Part shown: positions 1 to 9,176 of the stretch, piece after piece
Position numbering within the stretch: the stretch's first letter is position 1
How the letters are laid out: every line of letters begins with the position of its first letter
DNA from: Polyangiales bacterium
GTDB lineage: Bacteria; Myxococcota_A; Polyangia; Polyangiales; Polyangiaceae
NCBI GenBank assembly: GCA_038230375.1
Contig: JBBRNJ010000028.1
Span: 30,843 to 94,842 of the forward strand
Length of the DNA stretch: 64,000 nucleotides
Direction of reading: 5' to 3'
Program-made: the position numbers and the translations under genes
The notes under the pieces: generated by a model
The model's input: only the letters and a program-made list of their open reading frames with translations
What the model was told of the DNA's origin: nothing
The model's database searches: none

Positions 1-3000
1 TGCAAGCTCGCGCAGCGCCTCGACGGCCGCGAGCATGCGCGGGTTCGTCATGGCCGGAGGCGACAGCGACGCCGGTGGCGCGACCGAGATACGACCGCCC
101 GAGGGGGGGCCGTTCACGTCGTTCATCGACTGCCCGGCGGGCATGGAGCCGAGCGACGGCGGCGGGATGCTCGGACGGTTCGACTTCCCGAATGCCTCGA
201 GGAAGCGGACGATCACGCGCACGCCGTCCAGCGGCGACAGCATGCCGGTGCGCCCGACGATCGCGTCGAGGTACCGCGACGCCTCGAGCATGCGGTTCGC
301 CTCGTATGCAAGGTCGCCCATGATCATGAGGGCATCGATGTTGGTGGAGTCTGCCTCGAGCGCGCGCTTGGCGGCGCCCTCTGCCTTCTCCGCGTCGTTC
401 AGGGACTGGTGGAACACGCGCGCGAGCTCGCCGAACAGACGACCCTTCGCAAGGGCGCCCTCGGTGGTCTGGAGCTCCTTCTCGATGAGACCGACGACGC
501 TCGTGAAATCGCCGCGATCCGCGTACGACTTCCGCAGCGCAGACTTCGCGGTGCCGTCCTTGGGGTTCGCGTCGAGCGCGAGCTTGTAGCGCTCGATCGC
601 GCCGTCCTTGTCGCCGCGGGACTCCAGGAGACGCGCTGCGCGCATCCACTGGTCCGCCTTCTGCTCGGGCGCCTGCGCCTTGAATGCGAGGGCCTCGATC
701 GCGGACAGCGCGGCGTGCGCGTCGCCGGTGAGCTCCTTCAGGTGCGCCATCGCCTCGAGCGCGCTCGGATGATCCGGCTGGATCGTGAGGATCTGCTCGT
801 ACACCTTCATGGCGCGATCGGGCGAGCCGACCTGCTCGGAGAGGACGCGGGCCTTCGCCAGCAGGAGCTCCAGCTTGCGCCCGTCGTCGGTGGTGACGGC
901 GACGTGCTTCTCGTAGAGCGCGACCACGCGGTCCCAGCGGTCGAGCGCGCGGTAGTGGCGCACCAGGCCGGAGAGCGCGCCGTCGTGTGCGGCATCGATC
1001 TTGAGGATCTCCTCCAGAGCCACGGCGGCCAGCGTGTGGTCCAGGAACTCCTCGTCGTGGAGCGCGGCGATGCGCTCGAACAGGTTGATCTTCTGGCGCG
1101 GTGTTGCCGCGTGCTGGACCTGGCGCTCCAGGACCTCGAGCAGCTCACGGTAGCGGCCGTTGCGGTTGAAGATGCGATCCAGGCCCTTCAGGGCCGTGAC
1201 GTTCGTCGGGTCCACGGCGAGCACGGCCTCGAAGCGGCGCGTGGCCTCCGCGAGATCGTTCATGTGGTCCTCGAAGACCTCGGCGACGCGCGCGAGCGCC
1301 TCCGCCTTCTCGACACCACGGCGCGCCTCTGCGCGGTTCTCGAGCACGCGAATGAGGCGCGGGTAGTCGCCCATGCGTTGCGCGATACGTGCGACGGCGT
1401 CGCTTGCGCGGATGTGCCCCGGATCCTCTGCAAGGACGGAGTCGTAGATGTGGCTCGCGCGCGGCGGATCGTTGAGCTTGGTCTCCAGGAGGTCCGCGGC
1501 CTCGACGCGATAGTCACGGGCGCGCGGCGTGCTGCCTGCTGCATCCGCACGCGACAGCAAGATGCCGACGAGCTCCGGCCACTGCTGCGCACGGCGGTAG
1601 ATCTGGGTGAGCCCCTCGCCTGCCTTCTCGTGCGCGGGCTCGGAAGCGATCACCCGCTGGAACGCCATGAGCGCGAGGTCCGCGCGCCCGACCTTCGCCT
1701 CGTACCAGCGACCCGCGAAGCAGAGCAGCGCGGTCTGATCGGCCGGCGCGAGCGTACCCGCCTGGATCGCCTCCGTGATGGACGCGAGCGTCTCGTTCCA
1801 GCGCTCCTGCTTGGAGCCAGCGAGCTCCTCGACGCGTGAGCCGAACTCCTCGCTCTGGGGCAGCTCGCACAGCGCCTGCGTGTACGCGACCAGCGCCTGC
1901 TCGGGGTCATTGAGCTCGGAGGCGTAGATGCTCCCGATCTCGGCCAGGCAGCGCGCGCGCTCCTCACCCGGTGCGACGTTGCCGCTCTGCGTGAGCAGCA
2001 TCTCGACGATCTCGTCGTACTTGCCGAGCGCGCGGCGCACCTCTTCGAGGGAGCTGAGCGCGACGTTGTCGCTGGGGTCCAGCTCCACGATCTTCGCGTA
2101 CTGACGCTCTGCCGCGTTCTTGTCGCGCAGGGCGTGGATGTAGATGCGGGCCGCGCGGAAGAGCAGCGCCTTCTTGAGCTCCCCTGCCTCCTCGGTGCCA
2201 AGCACGATGCGATCGGCCGCGGAGTTGAACGCCTCGGCGACCTTCAAGGCCTCCGCGCCCTCATCAACGGCCTTCTCGAGCGCGAGCTGCGTCTCTTCAT
2301 CCGCCGGGTTTCCCAGGAGTGAGAGCACGAGCGCCTCCACGCGCTCCTTCGGGATCTGCTGCTGCGCCCGCAGCGCCTGCGACTGACGACCAAGCTCCGC
2401 GAGGCCATCGAGCACCGCAGACGCGTCCTTCGGTCGACGCGACGGATCCTTTGCGAGGAGCATGAGAACGAAGTCGTCCACCTCCTTCGTGATCCAGCCG
2501 CGCGGCGCCTTCATGCTCGGCGGCTCGGGCTCCTTGGTGAGGTGCATGAACGCCGCGTCGGTGGCGGTCTGCGCCGCGAACACGGGCTTGCCGGAGAACA
2601 GCTCGTAGAGCATGGCGCCGAACGCGTAGACGTCGCTGCGCGCGTCCGCGGGCTTGCCGCGCACCAGCTCCGGCGCGATGGTCTTGGGCGAGCCGATGAC
2701 GGCCATGAGCCCCGAGTGACCGTTCGTGACGATGCGACCGCGCGTGAGCTTGTCACCACCGAAGTCGATGAGGACGACGCTGGGGGCGCCGCCGGCGCCG
2801 GCCTTCCCGAGGAGCACGTTCTCCAGCTTCAGGTCGCCGTGGACCAGGCCGGTCTTGTGCATGAGCGCGAGGGGCTCGAGGATGCCCCGCAGAACCGGGC
2901 GGAGCTCGTTCACGTGGGCGGGGCCCGTCTGCGCAAGGCGCGCGGCGAGCGGCGCGGCGTCGACGTGATTGTATGCAACATACACGCGATGCTCTTCGAG

Positions 3001-3495
3001 CTCGCCGGCCTCGATGCCCTCGGGAAGCCCAGGGTGCGACAGGCCGCCAACGAAGCGGTTCGCGGTGAGGAAGCGGTTCACGGCGCGCGCGTCGCGGGTC
3101 GCGTCGCGGCGAAGTACCTTCAGCGTGAACAGGCGTCCGCCCTTCACGGCCTGATAGACGACCGCGAGATCGCTCTCGCCGATCTTCTTCTGGATCGTGA
3201 ACTCGCCGAGCTGGCGCCCGGACGACAGCTCCTCGCGACCGAGCTGGCTGACGACGTCGAACAGGCGGGGGTCGACCTCGCGGCGGGACACGCGGATGAC
3301 GTCGACCAGGGCGTCGAGACGGTCACCATCGACGCAGCGCTCGGTGAGGGCGCGCGCGAAGCTCGCCTTGGCCGTGGTGCCGCCCACGTCAGCGGGTAGA
3401 AGGCCGAGGAGCTTCTCGCTCAACTGGGTCATCTCCTCGAGCGAGAACAGTCTCTCGAGCTCGCCGCGCACGATGTCGATTGAAGATACTTGCAT
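1..3495 (-). CDS. Large Ser/Thr kinase-TPR protein with N-terminal effector-associated-domain-like module (3' end runs off the window)
   Basis: Not in the ORF track because there is no stop in the window. Manual translation from ATG at 3495 gives MQVSSIDIVRGELERLFSLEEMTQL..., then kinase motifs (TLKVL, HGDLKLEN, LIDFG, GSPKTIAPE, SDVYAFG) and many TPR-like repeats (e.g. YAKIVELDPSDNVAL, FEAVLAVDPTNVTAL). Frame is open to position 1. Confidence 0.88.
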   Translation of the reverse strand, partial: MQVSSIDIVRGELERLFSLEEMTQLSEKLLGLLPADVGGTTAKASFARALTERCVDGDRLDALVDVIRVSRREVDPRLFDVVSQLGREELSSGRQLGEFTIQKKIGESDLAVVYQAVKGGRLFTLKVLRRDATRDARAVNRFLTANRFVGGLSHPGLPEGIEAGELEEHRVYVAYNHVDAAPLAARLAQTGPAHVNELRPVLRGILEPLALMHKTGLVHGDLKLENVLLGKAGAGGAPSVVLIDFGGDKLTRGRIVTNGHSGLMAVIGSPKTIAPELVRGKPADARSDVYAFGAMLYELFSGKPVFAAQTATDAAFMHLTKEPEPPSMKAPRGWITKEVDDFVLMLLAKDPSRRPKDASAVLDGLAELGRQSQALRAQQQIPKERVEALVLSLLGNPADEETQLALEKAVDEGAEALKVAEAFNSAADRIVLGTEEAGELKKALLFRAARIYIHALRDKNAAERQYAKIVELDPSDNVALSSLEEVRRALGKYDEIVEMLLTQSGNVAPGEERARCLAEIGSIYASELNDPEQALVAYTQALCELPQSEEFGSRVEELAGSKQERWNETLASITEAIQAGTLAPADQTALLCFAGRWYEAKVGRADLALMAFQRVIASEPAHEKAGEGLTQIYRRAQQWPELVGILLSRADAAGSTPRARDYRVEAADLLETKLNDPPRASHIYDSVLAEDPGHIRASDAVARIAQRMGDYPRLIRVLENRAEARRGVEKAEALARVAEVFEDHMNDLAEATRRFEAVLAVDPTNVTALKGLDRIFNRNGRYRELLEVLERQVQHAATPRQKINLFERIAALHDEEFLDHTLAAVALEEILKIDAAHDGALSGLVRHYRALDRWDRVVALYEKHVAVTTDDGRKLELLLAKARVLSEQVGSPDRAMKVYEQILTIQPDHPSALEAMAHLKELTGDAHAALSAIEALAFKAQAPEQKADQWMRAARLLESRGDKDGAIERYKLALDANPKDGTAKSALRKSYADRGDFTSVVGLIEKELQTTEGALAKGRLFGELARVFHQSLNDAEKAEGAAKRALEADSTNIDALMIMGDLAYEANRMLEASRYLDAIVGRTGMLSPLDGVRVIVRFLEAFGKSNRPSIPPPSLGSMPAGQSMNDVNGPPSGGRISVAPPASLSPPAMTNPRMLAAVEALRELA

Positions 3496-3693
3496 TGAGA
3501 TCCATCGCCCTTTGGACGCCCGCATCACGTGCTGCGAACGCCCGGCTTTTCGTGGCCGTCTACCCCACTCTGGGGGCGCGGAGCTTACCGAAAAACAAAG
3601 GCAATGTCTGCGAACAATGAAGGCGTCTTCATACGCCGCACCGCATCACGGGAGGCGGGTTTTGGCGGGCCCCTCAGGACGCGGTGAAATCGG

Positions 3694-4350
3694 TCAGTGG
3701 CCCGATAGGCGCGAGATTCCCGGGTGGCCGGGGTCTCCCGGCTCGTGGCGCGGGTTCTCGCTCTTCTTCTCGCCGTCCTTGCTCTTGAACGCGAGCAGGA
3801 TGTCCTTGTCGTAGATGAACTGATCGCGCGAGTCGTACGGGACCGCGTGGTGGCCCGTGTCCATGCGGATCGCGTCGCATGGGCATGCCTCGACGCAGTA
3901 GCCGCAGAAGATGCAGCGCAGCTCGTCGATGACGAACTTCACCGGGTATTTCTCGTAGCCGCGGCGCTTGTCGCCCTCCGGATACTCGCCCGCGACGATG
4001 CTGATGCACTGCGCGGGGCACGCCGTGGAGCAGCACAGGCACGCGACGCAGCGCACGCTGCCGTCGTCACGGGTGGTGAGGCGGTGCACGCCGCGGAAGC
4101 GATCCGGATAAGGGCGCTTCTGCTCGGGGTAGGAGATGGTCGTGATGCCATCTTCGAGGCGCTCGGTGACCGGGTCGGGGCGGCTGCCGCGGAGCATCTC
4201 CTTCGTGTTCTTGAAGAAGTGGCTCATCGACACACCAAGGCCGCGGATGATCTCCGGGAGGTAGGCCTGGTTTCCCGCCGTCTTCTCGGCGTAGTCGACC
4301 ACGGTGGCGTTGAGCTGTGAGGCGGGCTTCTTGGGGAATGCGCGTGCCAT
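3694..4350 (-). CDS. nuoI: NADH-quinone oxidoreductase subunit I
   Basis: Two 4Fe-4S motifs CVACLCCSTACP and CIFCGYCVEACP, plus TISYPEQKR..RFRG; directly follows nuoH. Confidence 0.95.
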   Translation of the reverse strand: MARAFPKKPASQLNATVVDYAEKTAGNQAYLPEIIRGLGVSMSHFFKNTKEMLRGSRPDPVTERLEDGITTISYPEQKRPYPDRFRGVHRLTTRDDGSVRCVACLCCSTACPAQCISIVAGEYPEGDKRRGYEKYPVKFVIDELRCIFCGYCVEACPCDAIRMDTGHHAVPYDSRDQFIYDKDILLAFKSKDGEKKSENPRHEPGDPGHPGISRLSGH

Positions 4351-4376
4351 GATTTCTTCTCCGCGGTCCGAAAATC

Positions 4377-5834
4377 TCAGGCCTGCATGGGCTCGGTGAC
4401 CGTGCCGCCGCGCTTCGCCGCGCGCTTGGCAGAGGAGCCGAGGATCTGGGTGAGGTGTCGCGACGGGCTGAACATGCCGATGATCGCCCAGACCACGAGG
4501 CCGACCAGTACGACGGCCACGACGCCCTGGGTGATGTCGGACGCCAGCTTGAGGCCTGCAGCGACGGACTCACCGCCGCTCTGAAGCCCGAGCCAGATGA
4601 TGCCGGTCGCGAAGATGTTCGCGAGCGACAGCGGCAGCAGCGTCTGCCAGCAGAGCTTCTGCAGCTGGTCGTAGCGGAAGCGCGGAAGGCTCCAGCGAAC
4701 GAACGCCTGTAGGAGACAGATGATGAGGGTCTTGCCGAAGAATGCGAGCACGCCGATGACGAGCATCGCGAGGTGACCGATCTTCTGCTGCACGATCATC
4801 GTGTCGCCGAACTGGAGCGTGAGGCCGTCGCGGTGCAGGAACGGGAGCTGCCAGCCACCAAGGAAGATGGTGACGAGGAGCATGGAGCTCGTGACGATCT
4901 CCATGTACTCGGCGAAGTAGAACATGCCGAACTTCATGCCCGAGTACTCGGTGAAGTAGCCGGACACGAGCTCGCTCTCGGCCTCGGGGAGGTCGAACGG
5001 GATGCGCTTCGACTCGGCCACGGCCGCAGCGAAGAAGAGAAAGAACGCCAGCGGCTGAACGAAGATGCCCCACGTGTTCTCGCCCTGCCAGATGACCATG
5101 TCCTGCAGGCGGACCGAGCCGTAGATCATCATCGCGCCCACGAGCGAGAGGCCGAGCGTGACCTCGTACGAGACCATCTGGCTCGCAGCGCGGAGCGCAC
5201 CCATGAGCGAGAACTTGTTGTCCGAGGACCAGCCGGCGATCGCCGCGCCGACGATCCCCTGCCCCGCCATCGCGAAGATGTAGAGGATGCCGACATTGAG
5301 CGGCGCGATCGAGAGGTGAAGGATCCCCTGGCTGGAATTCATGCCGAGTCGCGAGGCCGCGGGCCACTGGGTCGCGGTGCTAGCGAAGGTGGCCACCACG
5401 TTCTTCGCCGCGTCGAGGCACTGCTCACCGACGAACAGACCGAGCGCGTGACCTTCCGCGTCCATGCACAGCTTGCGCGGACCGACCTGCGCGAGGCTGA
5501 CGGTGTCGCCCATCGGAATCACGGCGGCCAGCGCGAGCACCGGCGCCATGGCAAGGATGGGCGCGAGGCTGAAGAGGAGCTTGTCCGCCTTCGGGGGCAT
5601 GAAGTCCTTCTTGGTGAAGAACTTCACGCCGTCGGCCGCCGTGTGGAGCAGACCGAAGAGGCGGAGCGTGATCTTCTTCGTCAGCGGAAGGCCTGCGCGG
5701 TTCGGACCGATGCGGTCCTGGATCATCGAGGAAAGCCGGCGATCCACCCACGTGAGCAAGCCTGCCACGTTGAAGAGGAAGCCCACCATCACGAGGATCT
5801 TCACGAGGGTCGCGATGAGATCTGTGGTCGTCAT
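4377..5834 (-). CDS. nuoH: NADH-quinone oxidoreductase subunit H
   Basis: QDRIGPNR, ADGVKFFTK, GALRAASQMVSYE, PFDLPEAESELVSGYFTEYSG, LPRFRYDQL. Confidence 0.95.
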   Translation of the reverse strand: MTTTDLIATLVKILVMVGFLFNVAGLLTWVDRRLSSMIQDRIGPNRAGLPLTKKITLRLFGLLHTAADGVKFFTKKDFMPPKADKLLFSLAPILAMAPVLALAAVIPMGDTVSLAQVGPRKLCMDAEGHALGLFVGEQCLDAAKNVVATFASTATQWPAASRLGMNSSQGILHLSIAPLNVGILYIFAMAGQGIVGAAIAGWSSDNKFSLMGALRAASQMVSYEVTLGLSLVGAMMIYGSVRLQDMVIWQGENTWGIFVQPLAFFLFFAAAVAESKRIPFDLPEAESELVSGYFTEYSGMKFGMFYFAEYMEIVTSSMLLVTIFLGGWQLPFLHRDGLTLQFGDTMIVQQKIGHLAMLVIGVLAFFGKTLIICLLQAFVRWSLPRFRYDQLQKLCWQTLLPLSLANIFATGIIWLGLQSGGESVAAGLKLASDITQGVVAVVLVGLVVWAIIGMFSPSRHLTQILGSSAKRAAKRGGTVTEPMQA

Positions 5835-5838
5835 GATG

Positions 5839-7437
5839 TCACTCCGCCTCCGCGTTGGCCTGGGCTGCGGGCTCGGCCGTGTTCACGGGGGTCTGGTTCG
5901 GCGCGAACTTCTTTCGAACGTCACCGAGCTTGTTGAGGCCGAGATCGTGGCCGAGCGCCTTGCCCAGCTCCGCGATGATCTGCCAGGCGGCCTTGCTGTC
6001 GCCCTGCGGCTCGATCGCCTTCTTCGAGAGCTGCGAGAGGCCCTTCTTGTTCACGTACGTGCCGGAGGCCTCTGCCCACGACGCCGCGGGGAGCAACACC
6101 TTCGCCGCGCCAGTGAGCGGGCCGCCATGAGCCGCGAGCACCACGAGCGCGTCGAGCTTGTCGAGGATGTCCGCGTCGCTCGGTACGTCCGCGCCCAGCG
6201 CGAGCGCGTGGGTGATGCGACCCGCGCCGATGTCGTGCGCGAACATGGACCACTGACGTGCGTCCGGCGCCAGCGCCTGCACGCCCTGCGTGTTGGAGTT
6301 CTTGTCGGCGTCGACCAGGATGTCGTCGCCCTTACCGGGCGCGCGGCCCGCGATGTAGACGCTGCTCGTGCCCAGGGCCTTGCCGAGCGTGAGGAGCGCG
6401 ACGTTGTCCTCTTGCGAGTGCGTCGCGGACAGCACGATGGCAAGGAGACCAGGCTGCGCAGAGGCGAGCGCGGATTTGGCGCTCTCCATCGCGGCGGCGC
6501 GCTTGGCCTTCTTGTTCGACACGCGCGCCTCGGTGATGCGCGTCTCGTGCGCGAACTTGTACGAGAGCATGCCCTCGTCGCACATCCAGTACTTGTTGAC
6601 CGCCTCGTTGTCGCGCGGGCGATAGCGCTGGGCCTTGTTGGTGCGCGGATCGTAGTCGAGGTGCGCGTTGCAGCCTGTGGCGCAGCCCTGGCAGATGCTG
6701 TCCGCAGAGCGCAGGAACCAGACGCGCGCCTTGAAGCGGAAGTCCTTCGTGGTGAGCGCGCCGACGGGGCACACGTGCTCGGTCATGAAGGTGTAGTTGC
6801 CTTCGAGCTTGCGACCCGGGGCGACCGCGATCTCGTTCAGGTTGCCGCGCTCGCGCATCTCCAGGACGGGATCCTTGGCGACCTCCTCCATGAAGCGCAC
6901 GCAGCGGGTGCACATGACGCAGCGCTCGCCGTCGTAGACGATGGTGTCACCGAACGACACGCCCTTCGGCTTGTGCACGGGCTCGTCCAGCATGCGCTTC
7001 TGCGTGTGCTGGTGCTCGAGCCAGTAGTCCTGCAGCTTGCACTCGCCGGACTGATCGCAGATGGGGCAGTCGACGGGGTGGTTCAAGAGCAAGAGCTCCT
7101 GCACGTGCGAGCGAGCTTCCTTCACGTGGGGCGAGGTGTCGGAGAGGACCTCCTGTCCTTCGACCGCGAGGTACTGACACGAGGGCTGGAGCTTGGGCTT
7201 CTGGACGGGCTTGTACTCGCCGGTCTTCCTGTCGAGCTCGAGGATGTCGAGCATGACGGGGCGCTGGCCGGCCGCGGGCTTGAGCTCCACCAGGCACATG
7301 CGGCAGTTCGCGGGCGACGAGAGCCCCGGGTGCCAGCAGTAGTGCGGGATCTCAATGCCCTGCTTGGCAGCGGCCTTGATGATGGATTCGCCGGGTTCGA
7401 AGGGGATTTCCCGTCCGTCGAGCTTGAACGTGGGCAT
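5839..7437 (-). CDS. nuoG: NADH-quinone oxidoreductase subunit G (short form, 532 aa)
   Basis: IPHYCWHPGLS..ANCRMCLVE, NHPVDCPICDQSGECKLQD, RCVMCTRCVRF..CPVGAL, SICQGCATGC..WMCDEG, followed by a truncated molybdopterin-fold domain. Confidence 0.92.
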   Translation of the reverse strand: MPTFKLDGREIPFEPGESIIKAAAKQGIEIPHYCWHPGLSSPANCRMCLVELKPAAGQRPVMLDILELDRKTGEYKPVQKPKLQPSCQYLAVEGQEVLSDTSPHVKEARSHVQELLLLNHPVDCPICDQSGECKLQDYWLEHQHTQKRMLDEPVHKPKGVSFGDTIVYDGERCVMCTRCVRFMEEVAKDPVLEMRERGNLNEIAVAPGRKLEGNYTFMTEHVCPVGALTTKDFRFKARVWFLRSADSICQGCATGCNAHLDYDPRTNKAQRYRPRDNEAVNKYWMCDEGMLSYKFAHETRITEARVSNKKAKRAAAMESAKSALASAQPGLLAIVLSATHSQEDNVALLTLGKALGTSSVYIAGRAPGKGDDILVDADKNSNTQGVQALAPDARQWSMFAHDIGAGRITHALALGADVPSDADILDKLDALVVLAAHGGPLTGAAKVLLPAASWAEASGTYVNKKGLSQLSKKAIEPQGDSKAAWQIIAELGKALGHDLGLNKLGDVRKKFAPNQTPVNTAEPAAQANAEAE

Positions 7438-7448
7438 AGCTGGGGCCT

Positions 7449-7477
7449 GTTATAGGAGCGAGCGCCCGAGATTGCAC
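7449..7477 (-). promoter_or_regulatory. Putative sigma70-type promoter for nuoG-H-I
   Basis: Minus strand reads GTGCAA-17 nt-TATAAC, ending 11 nt before the nuoG ATG. Confidence 0.5.
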
Positions 7478-7550
7478 GAGTTTTGAACAGCCAATCACGA
7501 CCTCGATCCCGGCCGAGATTCGCATGAAGACGTGCCGTCAACCGCGGCGG

Positions 7551-9104
7551 TCAGTCCGCAACCCACCGATAGACGAGGCCCCAGTCGTTCGCGGCCGCCC
7601 ACCCCTCGAGCCGGGTCAGCATCTCCTCGCGGCTGGCAGGGGCGCCGATGAGCTCGAACGTCAGCTCCCCCCAGCCCCGCCGGTTGTAGGCTCCGTGCAC
7701 GAGCGCGGCGTGTGTGCCGCCCTGTTCGGATTGGACGCGCATCATGAAGCCGAGCTTTTCGGCGGTCGCGTCGCCGTAGATCTCGTCCTGGAAGACCCAG
7801 GGACCGGCTCGAAATCTGCGCGCGCGGGTGTAGGAGTGGTCGCGCACCTCCTCTGGCACGGTGGGTGGCGCGACTCCCGCGAGGACCGCTCCGAGCTGCT
7901 CCACGCTTGGCGGCGTCGTGTCGCGCGCCGACGGCGCACTGCGCGTGGCCGTGACATAGGCGATGCCGAGCACGCGCGGCAAGGGACCGATGGGATCGAC
8001 CGTGGGTCCCCGGCTGTCGCTCATTTCGCCGTTGGTCGCGACCGCGAACCAGCCGCCACCGCTCGCGTCGAGCGGCTCGAGAGACCAACGATGAATGTGA
8101 AGGACGGGCGCGGGCCGTCCGAGCTCGAGGGTGGCCGCGCGCGCGCACCACGCTTCGGGCGCGAGGATGCCCCGTGACACCGTCGCGTGAGCACGGATGA
8201 GCGCGCTGAAGGCGCTCTCCAGCGCGCGCGTGATCGCTGCCTTCTGCGTCGCGTCGCCCGTGAGCGTGTACGTGCCGAAGTCGCCGTACGATGCGTGAAA
8301 CCGGAGGCTGCAGCCTCCGGGCAAGCCCGTGATGTACGCGCTCCAGTAGCGGTCGGGGCTGTCGAATGGCCCGGTCTGATACTCGACGCTCTCGACGATC
8401 GCGAAGGTGACGCCCGCGTGTGTCCAGATGGTCTCGTCGCCCCGGACGGTCGACGGGACGCCGTCGGGCCACGCGAGGCCTGTCGCGCGCACGAGCTCCT
8501 TCGCGACGACTTCGAGCATCTTTGCTCTGACCGGCGTTGGCAGAGGACCAGCATCGAGCGAGAGAGGACCAGCCGGTGGCACGACATCAGGCGACGCTCG
8601 AACGACGGCGATCCGTGCGGGCGCGGGCGCGGGCGCGGGCGCGACGGCCGCGGCGGATTCGATCTGCGAAGCGGCGCGACGGGCTTGGTCCTCCGCCTGC
8701 AGCGCCTCGACACGATCTTCTTCGAGCTCCGGAAGCGGCCCGGCCATCCGGACGCGCTTGCTTGTCTTCTCCAGCGCCGCAATCGCCGCGTCAGCCATCA
8801 GAATGAGCTCACCGCGTTCGTCGTCGAGATCGGTGACGTCGTCGATCGGGGCGTTCCACTTCGCGGCGAAGGAACGGGTCTCCGCGCGCTGTCGCTGGGC
8901 GAATGCGCGCGCTACGCGGAGACACTCGATGGTCGCCTCGAAGTCGAGCCGCACGCCGATGCGCACCGCGTGCTCCTCGATGACCTTCCCGATGGCAGCG
9001 GTCGGCGGCCACGCAATGCCCAACGCGCGAAGCTGCCTGGGAGACGCGAGCGTAGAGGGGGACACCCCTACAGGGTACGCATTCATAGGCGCCTGTGAAC
9101 GCAT
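7551..9104 (-). CDS. Hypothetical protein between nuoD and nuoG (start uncertain, possibly 5'-truncated)
   Basis: 517-aa ORF with a Pro-Ala linker (APAPAPAP) and no recognisable family; its ATG candidates lie inside the 22-bp repeat. Confidence 0.6.
   Translation of the reverse strand: MRSQAPMNAYPVGVSPSTLASPRQLRALGIAWPPTAAIGKVIEEHAVRIGVRLDFEATIECLRVARAFAQRQRAETRSFAAKWNAPIDDVTDLDDERGELILMADAAIAALEKTSKRVRMAGPLPELEEDRVEALQAEDQARRAASQIESAAAVAPAPAPAPARIAVVRASPDVVPPAGPLSLDAGPLPTPVRAKMLEVVAKELVRATGLAWPDGVPSTVRGDETIWTHAGVTFAIVESVEYQTGPFDSPDRYWSAYITGLPGGCSLRFHASYGDFGTYTLTGDATQKAAITRALESAFSALIRAHATVSRGILAPEAWCARAATLELGRPAPVLHIHRWSLEPLDASGGGWFAVATNGEMSDSRGPTVDPIGPLPRVLGIAYVTATRSAPSARDTTPPSVEQLGAVLAGVAPPTVPEEVRDHSYTRARRFRAGPWVFQDEIYGDATAEKLGFMMRVQSEQGGTHAALVHGAYNRRGWGELTFELIGAPASREEMLTRLEGWAAANDWGLVYRWVAD
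9050..9080. repeat. REP-like palindrome
   Basis: GCGTAGAGGGGGACACCCCTACAGGGTACGC: GTAG tetranucleotide with AGGGG/CCCCT stem and GCGTA/TACGC outer arms. Confidence 0.5.
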
Positions 9105-9120
9105 TCATAGGCGCCTGTGA
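9077..9120. repeat. Exact 22-bp tandem duplication with near-palindromic core
   Basis: ACGCATTCATAGGCGCCTGTGA at 9077-9098 and 9099-9120; TTCATAGGCGCCTGTGAA is an imperfect palindrome. Confidence 0.9.
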
Positions 9121-9122
9121 TT

Positions 9123-9172
9123 GGTAGGAAATGAGCCGTCCACCCGCGCGACGAGGCTCGTCCACACCTACC
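9123..9172. repeat. REP-like hairpin element
   Basis: GGTAGG...CCTACC terminal inverted repeat with inner GAGCC/GGCTC stem. Confidence 0.55.
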
Positions 9173-9176
9173 GCGG

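Noticed and set aside
409..3399. Plus-strand ORFs 409..1839 and 2542..3399
   Set aside because: Antisense shadows of the kinase-TPR gene; long stop-free antisense frames are common in high-GC DNA
5464..7455. 663-aa plus-strand ORF over nuoH/nuoG
   Set aside because: Antisense shadow with no recognisable motifs
9077..9120. 22-bp direct repeat as a possible CRISPR remnant
   Set aside because: Only two abutting copies, no spacer and no cas genes
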